A DNA stretch of 28,848 nt from Promethearchaeota archaeon (GTDB lineage Archaea; Asgardarchaeota; Lokiarchaeia; Sigyniarchaeales; SOKP01). Location of the stretch: positions 1 through 28,848 of the forward strand of contig JAEOTP010000091.1 of assembly GCA_016839765.1 (NCBI GenBank), written 5' to 3'. Position numbers and translations under genes: made by a program. This document shows, in pieces, positions 19,087-27,397 of this stretch (positions within the stretch are counted from its first letter, which is position 1; every line of letters starts with the position of its first letter). The notes beneath the pieces were generated by a model that searched no databases, was not told the DNA's origin, and saw only the letters and a list, made by a program, of their open reading frames with translations.

Positions 19087-21243
19087 ATGGCACGTAAGAA
19101 AGAAAAGAAAACACGAGCAGAGCCTCGAATGGGTTGGGATGCAACAGAAGTAGATGAATCAAAAGTAGCGGAAGGTTTAAAAAGAACTGAGATGGATGAT
19201 GGAAGAGTTAGATTAGTGGATAGAGATATTTCTACTCCTGTTATTGAAACTTATGATGCGGATACAGGTGAACTTGAAGGTTCAATCCTATTAAAAGATG
19301 GAAATCGTGAGGGTTTATTAGCACTTGTAAAAATCATGGAAGATGTAAATTCAGAGTTAGATCATGATGGTAATATCGAATCCATTAACTTCAAAGGGAA
19401 ATTTAGTGTGGAAAATCCCAGTAAAAATGATAGATTATGGGATATAGATTTAACATTAAAAAATATTGAAAGCACTAATTTAAAAACAAACGAAATAAAA
19501 ATTCGAGAATTAGGCACTGATCCTGATACAAGTGTTGAGGCTGAGGATTTTTTGATTAAAGGGCAAGCTAAAAATCTCTTATTAATCAAAGAATATGTCA
19601 ACACACTCGCTAATGCTGATGATGTGTTAAATATCAGAGATATTGAAGATGATTTAATTAGATTAAAAGATAAAACAGCTAAAGCAGGTTCTGCAGTAAA
19701 AAAATCCAAAGTTGAGCTAGAGGAAGAAGAGGAAGAAGAAGATGAGGAAGATGAGGAAGAAGAGGAAGAGGATAATGATATTTATGATGTTGCTTCTGGA
19801 CGTTCATTACAATCTTTTGGAATTTCCATTGACAAAGAAAACACGGTTACTTTTGCTATTGCTCTAAGAAGTTTATTCGAAAAACCAATCTCTAATGTAA
19901 AAGTCGTAAAAAATATTCCAGATGAATTTACAAATGCTTCAGTCAGAGAAACTACAATGGGAAGGGGGGAAGTCGAAGGAAATAAGGTGATATGGAGAAT
20001 TGAGAAATTACCTCCAGAAACTACAGTTTTATTAAAATGTACATGTAGTATAATGGTTACTGATATTACTAAAAGAAAAACTGGGGTGTTAGAAGTAACT
20101 TATGAAGGATCTTCTTCATTTGCAGGAGGTCTTGCAGTTGATAAATATGACGCTTACACGAGAAATAAATTTTATGTTGACGCAGTTGAAAGGGACGAAG
20201 AACCAGAGATCTGGGATTGTAAACTAGTATTTGAGAATCCTTCTGAGTTTGTAATTCAATTATTTAATGCCGATGTTTATTCTCCTGATGATGAAACCCA
20301 AAAGTATGTAGATATAGATCCAAAAGATGTACCCCTTTTACCTGCAGGAGCACAATGGCATTCTAGAAAATGGAGATATGAATCTGAAGAATATCCTGCA
20401 TTCAGAAAGAAACTTGAATTTAGAGTTATGCCAGATTTTCAGACACTGGTGAATGGCACAATTGCTATATCAGATGTGATTTTAGAAATTGCAAGTATTA
20501 CAGGAGATATGATTTATGATATCACGCAAGTACCTACTTATAAAGAAAAAGATGTAGTTGCTACCTTAAAGATAGTAAATAATGGTTCTGCACCATTAGA
20601 TCAAGTTGTTATTACTCAACAATATTTTACCAATGAATTTCAACCACCCAAAGCTGACGAAATTACAATGATTTGGGATAAGGAGGAACTTGAAGTACCA
20701 TCTGGGGCTGTTAATTTTGATGGTAGTGTGTTTAAACTTCAATTAAAAGACCTGAGAAATTCTGACACAGGGATGTTTAAACCGGATTCAACTTTAGAAT
20801 TCAGATATCCTATTCATTGTGTAAACCCTGTTCAAGATGCAACTTTTGAATCTCAACTTATCTATAATGCTAATACATTCCCAATTTCTCAAGAATTAGA
20901 ATTTATGCCAGAAGTCCCCATAGTTGAAGCTCTGCATTTGAGAAGGAAATTCAGAATCGGAAAAGAAGTTGTACCAATTGGTGACTTAGGAAATTATAGA
21001 ATTGTTTTAATTGTTGAGAATATAGGTACTGCTCCTCTTCAGAATTTAATCTTGATGGATAAAGTACCAGATTCTTTTGAATATGGAACATATAGCGAAA
21101 AACCAGAGATAACAGACGAGGTTGGAGAGGACACACTTAAATGGAGCATAGATTTACTAAGTGCTGGAGAGAAATTAGAAATAACTTATGAAATAAATGG
21201 TTTGGGCGAATACAGTCCCTCAGACGCACAATTAGGATTATAA
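19087..21243 (+). CDS. Cytosolic multi-beta-sandwich protein: putative mu-homology domain (about aa 79-356) with an acidic insert, plus about 3 Ig-like domains
   Basis: 718-aa ORF with no signal peptide or TM segment. By-eye match to AP-mu/delta-COP MHD segments. C-terminal units VNNGSAPLDQVVI and ENIGTAPLQNLILMDKVP...LKWSIDLLSAGE follow a DUF11-like Ig pattern. The ORF is certain, the domain call is inference. Confidence 0.65.
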   Translation: MARKKEKKTRAEPRMGWDATEVDESKVAEGLKRTEMDDGRVRLVDRDISTPVIETYDADTGELEGSILLKDGNREGLLALVKIMEDVNSELDHDGNIESINFKGKFSVENPSKNDRLWDIDLTLKNIESTNLKTNEIKIRELGTDPDTSVEAEDFLIKGQAKNLLLIKEYVNTLANADDVLNIRDIEDDLIRLKDKTAKAGSAVKKSKVELEEEEEEEDEEDEEEEEEDNDIYDVASGRSLQSFGISIDKENTVTFAIALRSLFEKPISNVKVVKNIPDEFTNASVRETTMGRGEVEGNKVIWRIEKLPPETTVLLKCTCSIMVTDITKRKTGVLEVTYEGSSSFAGGLAVDKYDAYTRNKFYVDAVERDEEPEIWDCKLVFENPSEFVIQLFNADVYSPDDETQKYVDIDPKDVPLLPAGAQWHSRKWRYESEEYPAFRKKLEFRVMPDFQTLVNGTIAISDVILEIASITGDMIYDITQVPTYKEKDVVATLKIVNNGSAPLDQVVITQQYFTNEFQPPKADEITMIWDKEELEVPSGAVNFDGSVFKLQLKDLRNSDTGMFKPDSTLEFRYPIHCVNPVQDATFESQLIYNANTFPISQELEFMPEVPIVEALHLRRKFRIGKEVVPIGDLGNYRIVLIVENIGTAPLQNLILMDKVPDSFEYGTYSEKPEITDEVGEDTLKWSIDLLSAGEKLEITYEINGLGEYSPSDAQLGL
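19714..19779 (+). repeat. Low-complexity GAR/GAT run encoding a poly-acidic tract
   Basis: Encodes ELEEEEEEEDEEDEEEEEEDND. Confidence 0.9.
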
Positions 21244-21394
21244 TTTTTTTTTAATTACTCAATTTTTTTTATAATGTTTTTAAGAATATAACCATTAAAT
21301 AGATTTAAAATACCTTAATTTAATTATTATTTTGATATTATATACTTTTATGTTAAATCATACTTCATAATTCTAACTAGCTGAATATTCTAAA

Positions 21395-23074
21395 ATGTCA
21401 TCTTTAAAGAAAAAATTTAATTTAAACTGGATGTTTGAGGCACCCGAAGCAGTTTTAACTTGCTCAACTCTAAAATGTGGTGATGCCTGTTATTTAGTTT
21501 TTGGAGGGCATGATAAGACTTTATACTTGATGAATGAGGAATTGAACATCCTTGATAGCATTAGTTTTGACGGATGGGTACGAACAACCTTTCCAATCGA
21601 TCTTACTGGCGATGGATGCCAAGAAGTTTTAGTAGGTGCTGGAGATGGCAATTTCTTAGTTGTAAAGTTTGTAAAAGGAATCAATAAGTTAGCTGGAATA
21701 ATGAATTTTAAGACTAAGGGTAAAGTTTTATGTGTTACTGCCGGTGATTTCACTAGAGATGGGAATAATGAGTTGATATATGGCGGAGAAGATAAAACAC
21801 TTAAAATTTTTGAGAATATAGATTCAAAAGAACCAAATTCTATACTCTATTATGATTCTTGGGTAACTGCTTGTATATTAGGTTATTTAAAGCTACCAGA
21901 TATAAAAAATCCCATATATGGCCTATTAGTTGGAACTAAAAATGGTTTACTTCAATTAATTCAATCAAAAGACGGTAGACCAGATATAATTTGGCAAAAA
22001 AATTTAGATTCCCAAATAAATACCATGGCAATTGGGGATGTTACAAACGATGGTTATTATGAAATAGTTGTAGGTTCAGATGATTCTTATATCAAGATAC
22101 TCAATAGTGAAGGAGAGAGTTTGAAAGATATAAAACTTGAAGAAGGTCGTCCAATATCATTAAAAATTGTGGATATTGATGAAGATAATGCAAAAGAAAT
22201 TATTGTTGGATCTGCTGATGGATTATTAAGAGTTTATCATAACACAAAATTGAATTCTACAGATATTGAGTTAAAATGGAAGACTTCAACATCAACCTCA
22301 GTTAAAGTAGTATCAACAATGATTGATCCTAAAGAAGGATTAACAAATATAATTTTTGGTGGTTATGATAGAAGTCTTAGATGTGTAGCTGATTTTGAAT
22401 GTGGTGAAAAACCTGTTTTAGATATTCCATATAATATTCTAGTATCTGAAACAAAACCAGAATTAGCAGAGACACCTCCAGAGAAAACCGTCAAATTAGA
22501 AACTGTCCCTACAAACATTAGAGAATTCATATTTAAAGATTTAATAGATAAAAAGATAATTCAGGAGATTGCTCTTGATTTAGAAAAGCGAGGTTATCTT
22601 AAGGATAGAGTTATTGAAGAATTTGAAAGGATGATTACAGAAAAACAAGATCAATTTGAAAAAATAAGCTATTCAGTATGGACACTACCTGAAGATAAAA
22701 TTGGATTAGGGGGTGTTGTTGGAGCTCCTGTTAAAAAACGTAAAAAAATAAAACCTGTGGTAATAGAGCAAGAGACTAAGATGCCAAAAGGAGGAGCTTT
22801 AATTGATGCCTTAACAAAAGAAACTGAAAAAGAAATTGTAGCGCCAAAGAGGACACCACAAGGAACTGTAACTGAGGAAAATTTAAGGACAATAATTATT
22901 CATCACTTAGAAAAAAATAGAATTGTACCATCCAAAACTAAATTAGTAGATGATATAGTTATTTTAGGTTATAATAAGGATTTAGTGGAAAAACAGATTG
23001 AAATTTTGAAAGATGAGGGTATTGTTGCCTATTCTCGGGCTGATCCGAAAGGATGGTATCTAGTGAATTATTAA
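21395..23074 (+). CDS. 7-bladed FG-GAP-like beta-propeller (BBS2/BBS7/ITFG2-like) with C-terminal winged-helix-like repeats
   Basis: Seven hhhG..DG.h.h blades in aa 34-331, four of them with DxxxDG..E-type loops. No signal peptide. C-terminus LVEKQIEILKDEGIVAYSRADPKGWYL follows a wHTH pattern. Confidence 0.75.
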   Translation: MSSLKKKFNLNWMFEAPEAVLTCSTLKCGDACYLVFGGHDKTLYLMNEELNILDSISFDGWVRTTFPIDLTGDGCQEVLVGAGDGNFLVVKFVKGINKLAGIMNFKTKGKVLCVTAGDFTRDGNNELIYGGEDKTLKIFENIDSKEPNSILYYDSWVTACILGYLKLPDIKNPIYGLLVGTKNGLLQLIQSKDGRPDIIWQKNLDSQINTMAIGDVTNDGYYEIVVGSDDSYIKILNSEGESLKDIKLEEGRPISLKIVDIDEDNAKEIIVGSADGLLRVYHNTKLNSTDIELKWKTSTSTSVKVVSTMIDPKEGLTNIIFGGYDRSLRCVADFECGEKPVLDIPYNILVSETKPELAETPPEKTVKLETVPTNIREFIFKDLIDKKIIQEIALDLEKRGYLKDRVIEEFERMITEKQDQFEKISYSVWTLPEDKIGLGGVVGAPVKKRKKIKPVVIEQETKMPKGGALIDALTKETEKEIVAPKRTPQGTVTEENLRTIIIHHLEKNRIVPSKTKLVDDIVILGYNKDLVEKQIEILKDEGIVAYSRADPKGWYLVNY

Positions 23075-23076
23075 AT

Positions 23077-23505
23077 TCAAATAAAAAAGTTTTCAATTTC
23101 TTGTTTAAAAGGTTCAAATTGATTTAATTCAGTAAAATCTCTATTTTGAAATTTTGAAATAAATAATTGTAATAATACTTCAACTTTTTCTAAAAACTTT
23201 TTAACAAATTTATCTGTATCTTTCTTCTTTTTATCCGTTAAGCCATACAGAATAATAGGTTCCTCTGAATTACCATCAGATGTTTTAATTTCAGAAGTCT
23301 TAAAGATAAATAAAGTGTTTTTTGATTCAAGATATTCTAAAGAATGATTATTGAAAGCACTTTCAGCAAAAGTAGTAATCGCTGAAATGAATGCTCCCCT
23401 TAAATCCTTGGTTTTTTCATTTTGCTCTCTCAAATGTCTAAATTTATGTTTTACTAAAACAAAACCTCTAAAGACTATTCCCAATTCATATAATTCTTTC
23501 ATCAT
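23077..23505 (-). CDS. Stand-alone longin-fold protein (AP sigma/TRAPP small subunit-like)
   Basis: 142 aa with a predicted beta-beta-alpha-beta-beta-beta-alpha-alpha order. LRGAFISAITTFAESAF helix and F..F......F..F...I..F tail fit the pattern of Asgard longins. Confidence 0.7.
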   Translation of the reverse strand: MMKELYELGIVFRGFVLVKHKFRHLREQNEKTKDLRGAFISAITTFAESAFNNHSLEYLESKNTLFIFKTSEIKTSDGNSEEPIILYGLTDKKKKDTDKFVKKFLEKVEVLLQLFISKFQNRDFTELNQFEPFKQEIENFFI

Positions 23506-23618
23506 TCTCTAAATCGATTGATCCAATCACTCCATTTTTTCCTACAAAAATAGTAAAGATATTCATATTTAATTTTAGACTTTACTCTAAATTGAGAAAA
23601 ATATAGAAAATCAAACAT

Positions 23619-24305
23619 TTAAAATACAAATGTATCCCCCACACAGATTTTCCTAAATTGTGAAGGATAAAGCTTGCTTATATTAGTAATATGTCGAGTG
23701 CAATGGCAAGCACCTATAACCTCGATATTTTTTAAATATGAAAATTTATTAAAGCCATGAAATCCCCCGATAATTGCTTTTATTTCTCCTAATTGTTGAC
23801 TCTTCAGAATAAAATGCTCTAAACCTGGATGTGCACAACCAACTAATAGAATTGTTTTCTTCTCTTTAGTTTTTAGAAAGAGTGCTTGTTCCGGTATATA
23901 AGAACTACCAAGTTGACCAGATGAAAAAATATTTTCATCTAGCTCTTTTGTTTCCAAGATACCAACAACGTTCGCTTCAGGGAATGATCTTTTGAAAGAA
24001 CTTGAATTATTGACTGGAACGTAAATTGTTATTTTTGGATTTAGTTGATAAATCGCATTTAATCCCCCAGCATGGTCACTATGGTTATGTGAGATAATAA
24101 TATCTTCTATTTGTGAAATATTTAAGTTAAATTTCTGAATATTATGGAGTAAAACATTTCCATTTCCACCTGTATCAAACAATAGAAATTTATTGGAAAA
24201 AACATTATAAACTAAGGCAGAGAATCCAAATCCAGTTAAAAATCCTGCCTCATTGCATTTATTATCGTATAATATCTTAAGTTCAAATGATGAACTTGAA
24301 TGCAT
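23619..24305 (-). CDS. MBL-fold metallo-hydrolase (COG1237-like)
   Basis: LLFDTG, SHNHSDHAGG, GCAHPG, IIGGFH, CHCT. Confidence 0.9.
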   Translation of the reverse strand: MHSSSSFELKILYDNKCNEAGFLTGFGFSALVYNVFSNKFLLFDTGGNGNVLLHNIQKFNLNISQIEDIIISHNHSDHAGGLNAIYQLNPKITIYVPVNNSSSFKRSFPEANVVGILETKELDENIFSSGQLGSSYIPEQALFLKTKEKKTILLVGCAHPGLEHFILKSQQLGEIKAIIGGFHGFNKFSYLKNIEVIGACHCTRHITNISKLYPSQFRKICVGDTFVF

Positions 24306-24350
24306 ATATTTTGAATAATTATTATAAATTATTAAAAGTTACTTAAACAC

Positions 24351-24838
24351 TTATTTTTGAAGTAATATTGCTTGTTCAGGGCATTTCCCGACGCATATTC
24401 CACAACCGAAACATTGAGTTGGTTTAAATTTTAACTTATTGTTTATCAGTTTTCTAACCCCAAAATAACACCATTTTTCACAAATACCACAATTTTTACA
24501 CTTTTCCAACTTAGTTTTAGCAATAAAATCGCTTTTAATTATTTGTGGATAGCCTAATTTTATAAACTTGCTTAATATGATACAACAGCATGGACAGCAA
24601 TTACAAATCACATAATAATAATGAGGGTTTGGAAAATAAATAATCTGATGTACTAGACCTCTTTTTTTTTTGAATTTGCAGATTTAAATGGAATTTCATA
24701 CAAGGATTTGCAATACCCTAAATGAATGCATGCGTTTACTGGATGATCGCAATTAGGCTCACTTTCATGCTTTCTTTGAGTATCTCTGCAATAACAAGTT
24801 GCAACCCCGATAACATTAGATATCTTAAGTATTTCTGT
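24351..24838 (-). pseudogene. Frameshifted, 5'-truncated 4Fe-4S binding protein
   Basis: The upstream frame reads EILKISNVIGVATCYCRDTQ...CDHPVNACIHLG...KKKEV*. After the A10 run (24671-24662) the -1 frame reads RGLVHQII...ICNCCPCCC followed by two CxxCxxCxxxC motifs. There is no start codon before the upstream in-frame stop. Confidence 0.8.
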
Positions 24839-24953
24839 TTTTATTGTAAAAAGAAAGAAAAATAAATAAATATGTCAAAAACTATTCCAATCGTTAGTAA
24901 TTATAAATAGATCTTAATCGAATTTGTATTTATAATAATAAATATGGATGATT

Positions 24954-25469
24954 ATGAAAGAAACAAAAGAAGAAATTCAAAATAAAGCATTCAAATTGGG
25001 TAAAAAATATGAATGTGAATGTACTGGCTGTGCACAATCAGCTGTTGCAGCGATATTTTAATCACTAGGTATATGGAGTGAAGACGTATTTAAAGCTGCG
25101 AGCGGATTGGCTGATGGATTAGGATTAACGGGCGATGGATCATGTGGAGCCTTAGTGGGTGCATCTATGGTAATAGGTTACCTTTTTGGAAGAACTCATG
25201 AAGATTTTAAAGATATGTACAAACCAATGAAATCTTATAGCTTAGTGAAAAAATTACATGATGAATATCTGGAGAAATATGGATCATGCCGTTGTTATGA
25301 TGTTCAACAAAACTTAATGGGTAGAACTTTTAATCTTTGGAATGAAGATGAATTTAAAGAAGCTTTTAAATTTGGAATGATGAGGTATTCCTCAGATGTG
25401 GTGGGAAATGTTGCAAAATTAGCTACAAAAATCATTTTAAATAGTGGATATAAACCAGAATCAAATTAA
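24954..25469 (+). pseudogene. C_GCAxxG_C_C family redox protein interrupted by an in-frame TAA
   Basis: MKETKEEIQNKAFKLGKKYECECTGCAQSAVAAIF*SLGIWSEDVFKAASGLADG is in frame with the 25107 ORF (SCGALVG, CRC). TAA at 25059-25061. Confidence 0.85.
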
Positions 25470-25483
25470 AGTGAAATGGTTAT

Positions 25484-26002
25484 ATGAAGCAAAAAGATTT
25501 AATGAATCGTTTTAATCAAAAAATCGAAGAATTGGAAAAAATTTTACCAGATTTGAAAAAAGGTGTAAATTGTGCTGAACTTACTCTAACTAATATACTA
25601 GATGTACTTGGAGTAGATAATTATATGTTCCATAATTTAGCAATGCCCCTAGCTGGAGGGTTTGGCGGATATAAATCTAAAAAAGGATGGCAAGGTGCTT
25701 GTGGAGCAGTAGCAGGTGCTTGCGCAGCAATAGGAGTTATTATGGGCGGAAACAAAAAAATGAATGAAAAAACAATGGCAATAGCATATCTAAAAGCATC
25801 TAAATATGCTAAAGACTTTGAAAATGAGTTTGGCTCAGTAATATGTTCAGAACTCTGTGGTTTTGATTTCAGTGATCCAAACGGGTTTATAAAGTATCGA
25901 AAGACTGGAACTTGGAAAAAAAAATGTTATAAATTTGTTGTATGGGCTGTTGATGAAGTCAGAAAAGTTACTCGGAACGATTTAAAAAGAAAATGGAAAT
26001 AA
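25484..26002 (+). CDS. C_GCAxxG_C_C family putative redox protein
   Basis: NCAE, LAGGFG, ACGAVAG, FGSVICSEL, KKC. Confidence 0.9.
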   Translation: MKQKDLMNRFNQKIEELEKILPDLKKGVNCAELTLTNILDVLGVDNYMFHNLAMPLAGGFGGYKSKKGWQGACGAVAGACAAIGVIMGGNKKMNEKTMAIAYLKASKYAKDFENEFGSVICSELCGFDFSDPNGFIKYRKTGTWKKKCYKFVVWAVDEVRKVTRNDLKRKWK

Positions 26003-26055
26003 TTCAAATTTAATTTTTTCTGATTTCTATTACTAATTAAAATTTTAGAAAAAAT

Positions 26056-27273
26056 ATGAATCGAATTAATTTTATTCTCAATCCTAATGCTAGGGATAAT
26101 TCATATAAAAAAACACCAATAAAATTCATTTCTCATGATATTGTTAAACAAGTGAAAAACTTTCATAAGAGTTTTCCATCATATAAAATTACTCCTCTCT
26201 ATAATCTTAATAATCTTGCCAAAAAACTCGGTGTGAATAGATTATGGGTAAAAGATGAATCCTTTAGATTTGGACTTAATGCTTTTAAGGTTTTGGGTGC
26301 CTTATATGCAATTGCAAAGTATCTCAATAAAGAGTTTCGTGAAAGCGTAAGTTTATCTTATGAATTTTTAAAAAAATTAATAAAATATGAGAAAGATTGC
26401 ACATTAACCTTTGTTACTGCTACAGATGGTAATCATGGAAGAGCAGTTGCGTGGTCTGCTAGACAACTTAGCCAAAAGTCAGTAATATTTATGCCTAAGG
26501 GGTCTTCTATATCCAGAATTAAAAACATTAAGAACGAAGGTGCTAAAGTGATAGTGACAGACGTTAATTATGATGAAACTGTAAAAATTGCGAATGATTA
26601 TGCTGATGAGCATGATTTTATCTTAATTCAAGACACAGCATGGGAAGGTTATGAGGAGATTCCTATATGGATAATGCAAGGATATACAACCTTAATTGAT
26701 GAAGTATTAGAGCAGTTAGCAGTCCAAAATGAAGAAAATCCTACCCATGTTTTCCTCCAAGTTGGTGTAGGATCTTTTGCAGGAGCGATTCAAGGATATT
26801 TTTTTTCATTATTTGGCAAGGAAAGACCTATTATTGCTACTTTAGAACCTGATAGTTGTGCTAGTATATTAAAATCCGTTGAAATTGGTGATGGATTGCC
26901 TCATAGTATAGAAGGTGCTTTTAAAACAATCATGGTTGGTCTTGCATGTGGTACCCCTAATCCTATTGCTTGGAGAATATTAAGAGATTATACGGATATT
27001 TTTTTCTCATGTCCAGACTATATCGCTATTAATGGTATGAGAATTCTCGCTAATCCACTTCATGATGATCCTAAAGTGATATCAGGGGAATCTGGAGCCA
27101 TTGGATTAGGTTTGGTTGCATCTATATTCCAAAATGAAATTTATAAGGAAATTATTAACAAATTAGAAATAAACGGAGGCTCTAGACTTTTAGTAATCAG
27201 TACTGAGGGAAATACTGACCCAGAAAATTATAGAAAATTAGTTTATGGAGAGAATTCTTCCACTAAACTTTAA
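26056..27273 (+). CDS. dpaL: Diaminopropionate ammonia-lyase (PLP fold II)
   Basis: KDESFRFGLNAFKVLGA, TATDGNHGRAVAW, QDTAWEGYEEIP, QVGVGS, GLACG, SGESGA, STEG.TDP. Confidence 0.93.
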   Translation: MNRINFILNPNARDNSYKKTPIKFISHDIVKQVKNFHKSFPSYKITPLYNLNNLAKKLGVNRLWVKDESFRFGLNAFKVLGALYAIAKYLNKEFRESVSLSYEFLKKLIKYEKDCTLTFVTATDGNHGRAVAWSARQLSQKSVIFMPKGSSISRIKNIKNEGAKVIVTDVNYDETVKIANDYADEHDFILIQDTAWEGYEEIPIWIMQGYTTLIDEVLEQLAVQNEENPTHVFLQVGVGSFAGAIQGYFFSLFGKERPIIATLEPDSCASILKSVEIGDGLPHSIEGAFKTIMVGLACGTPNPIAWRILRDYTDIFFSCPDYIAINGMRILANPLHDDPKVISGESGAIGLGLVASIFQNEIYKEIINKLEINGGSRLLVISTEGNTDPENYRKLVYGENSSTKL

Positions 27274-27397
27274 ATTAATTTTTAATATGGGTATTTTAAC
27301 CTTATAAATTGGAAATTAAAAGTTTTTAAGTTATTGTAATCTTATTAAAATTATTCTGAAAAAATAATTAATTTACAATAGCATTTTGGTAGTTTCT

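Noticed and set aside
3969-21753. Antisense ORFs nested in long genes (3969, 5112, 7675, 8155, 8719, 10794, 11265, 13276, 17506, 18650, 19362, 20951, 21490)
   Set aside because: All lie opposite well-supported CDSs and look like reverse-frame shadows with no motifs.
19087-23074. Interpretation as secreted S-layer/adhesin proteins (DUF11 plus FG-GAP)
   Set aside because: Neither protein has a hydrophobic signal peptide, lipobox or C-terminal anchor, and both N-termini are charged.
25059-25061. In-frame TAA as evidence of stop-codon reassignment
   Set aside because: TAA is the normal stop of most genes in the window, and it is not a Sec or Pyl codon.
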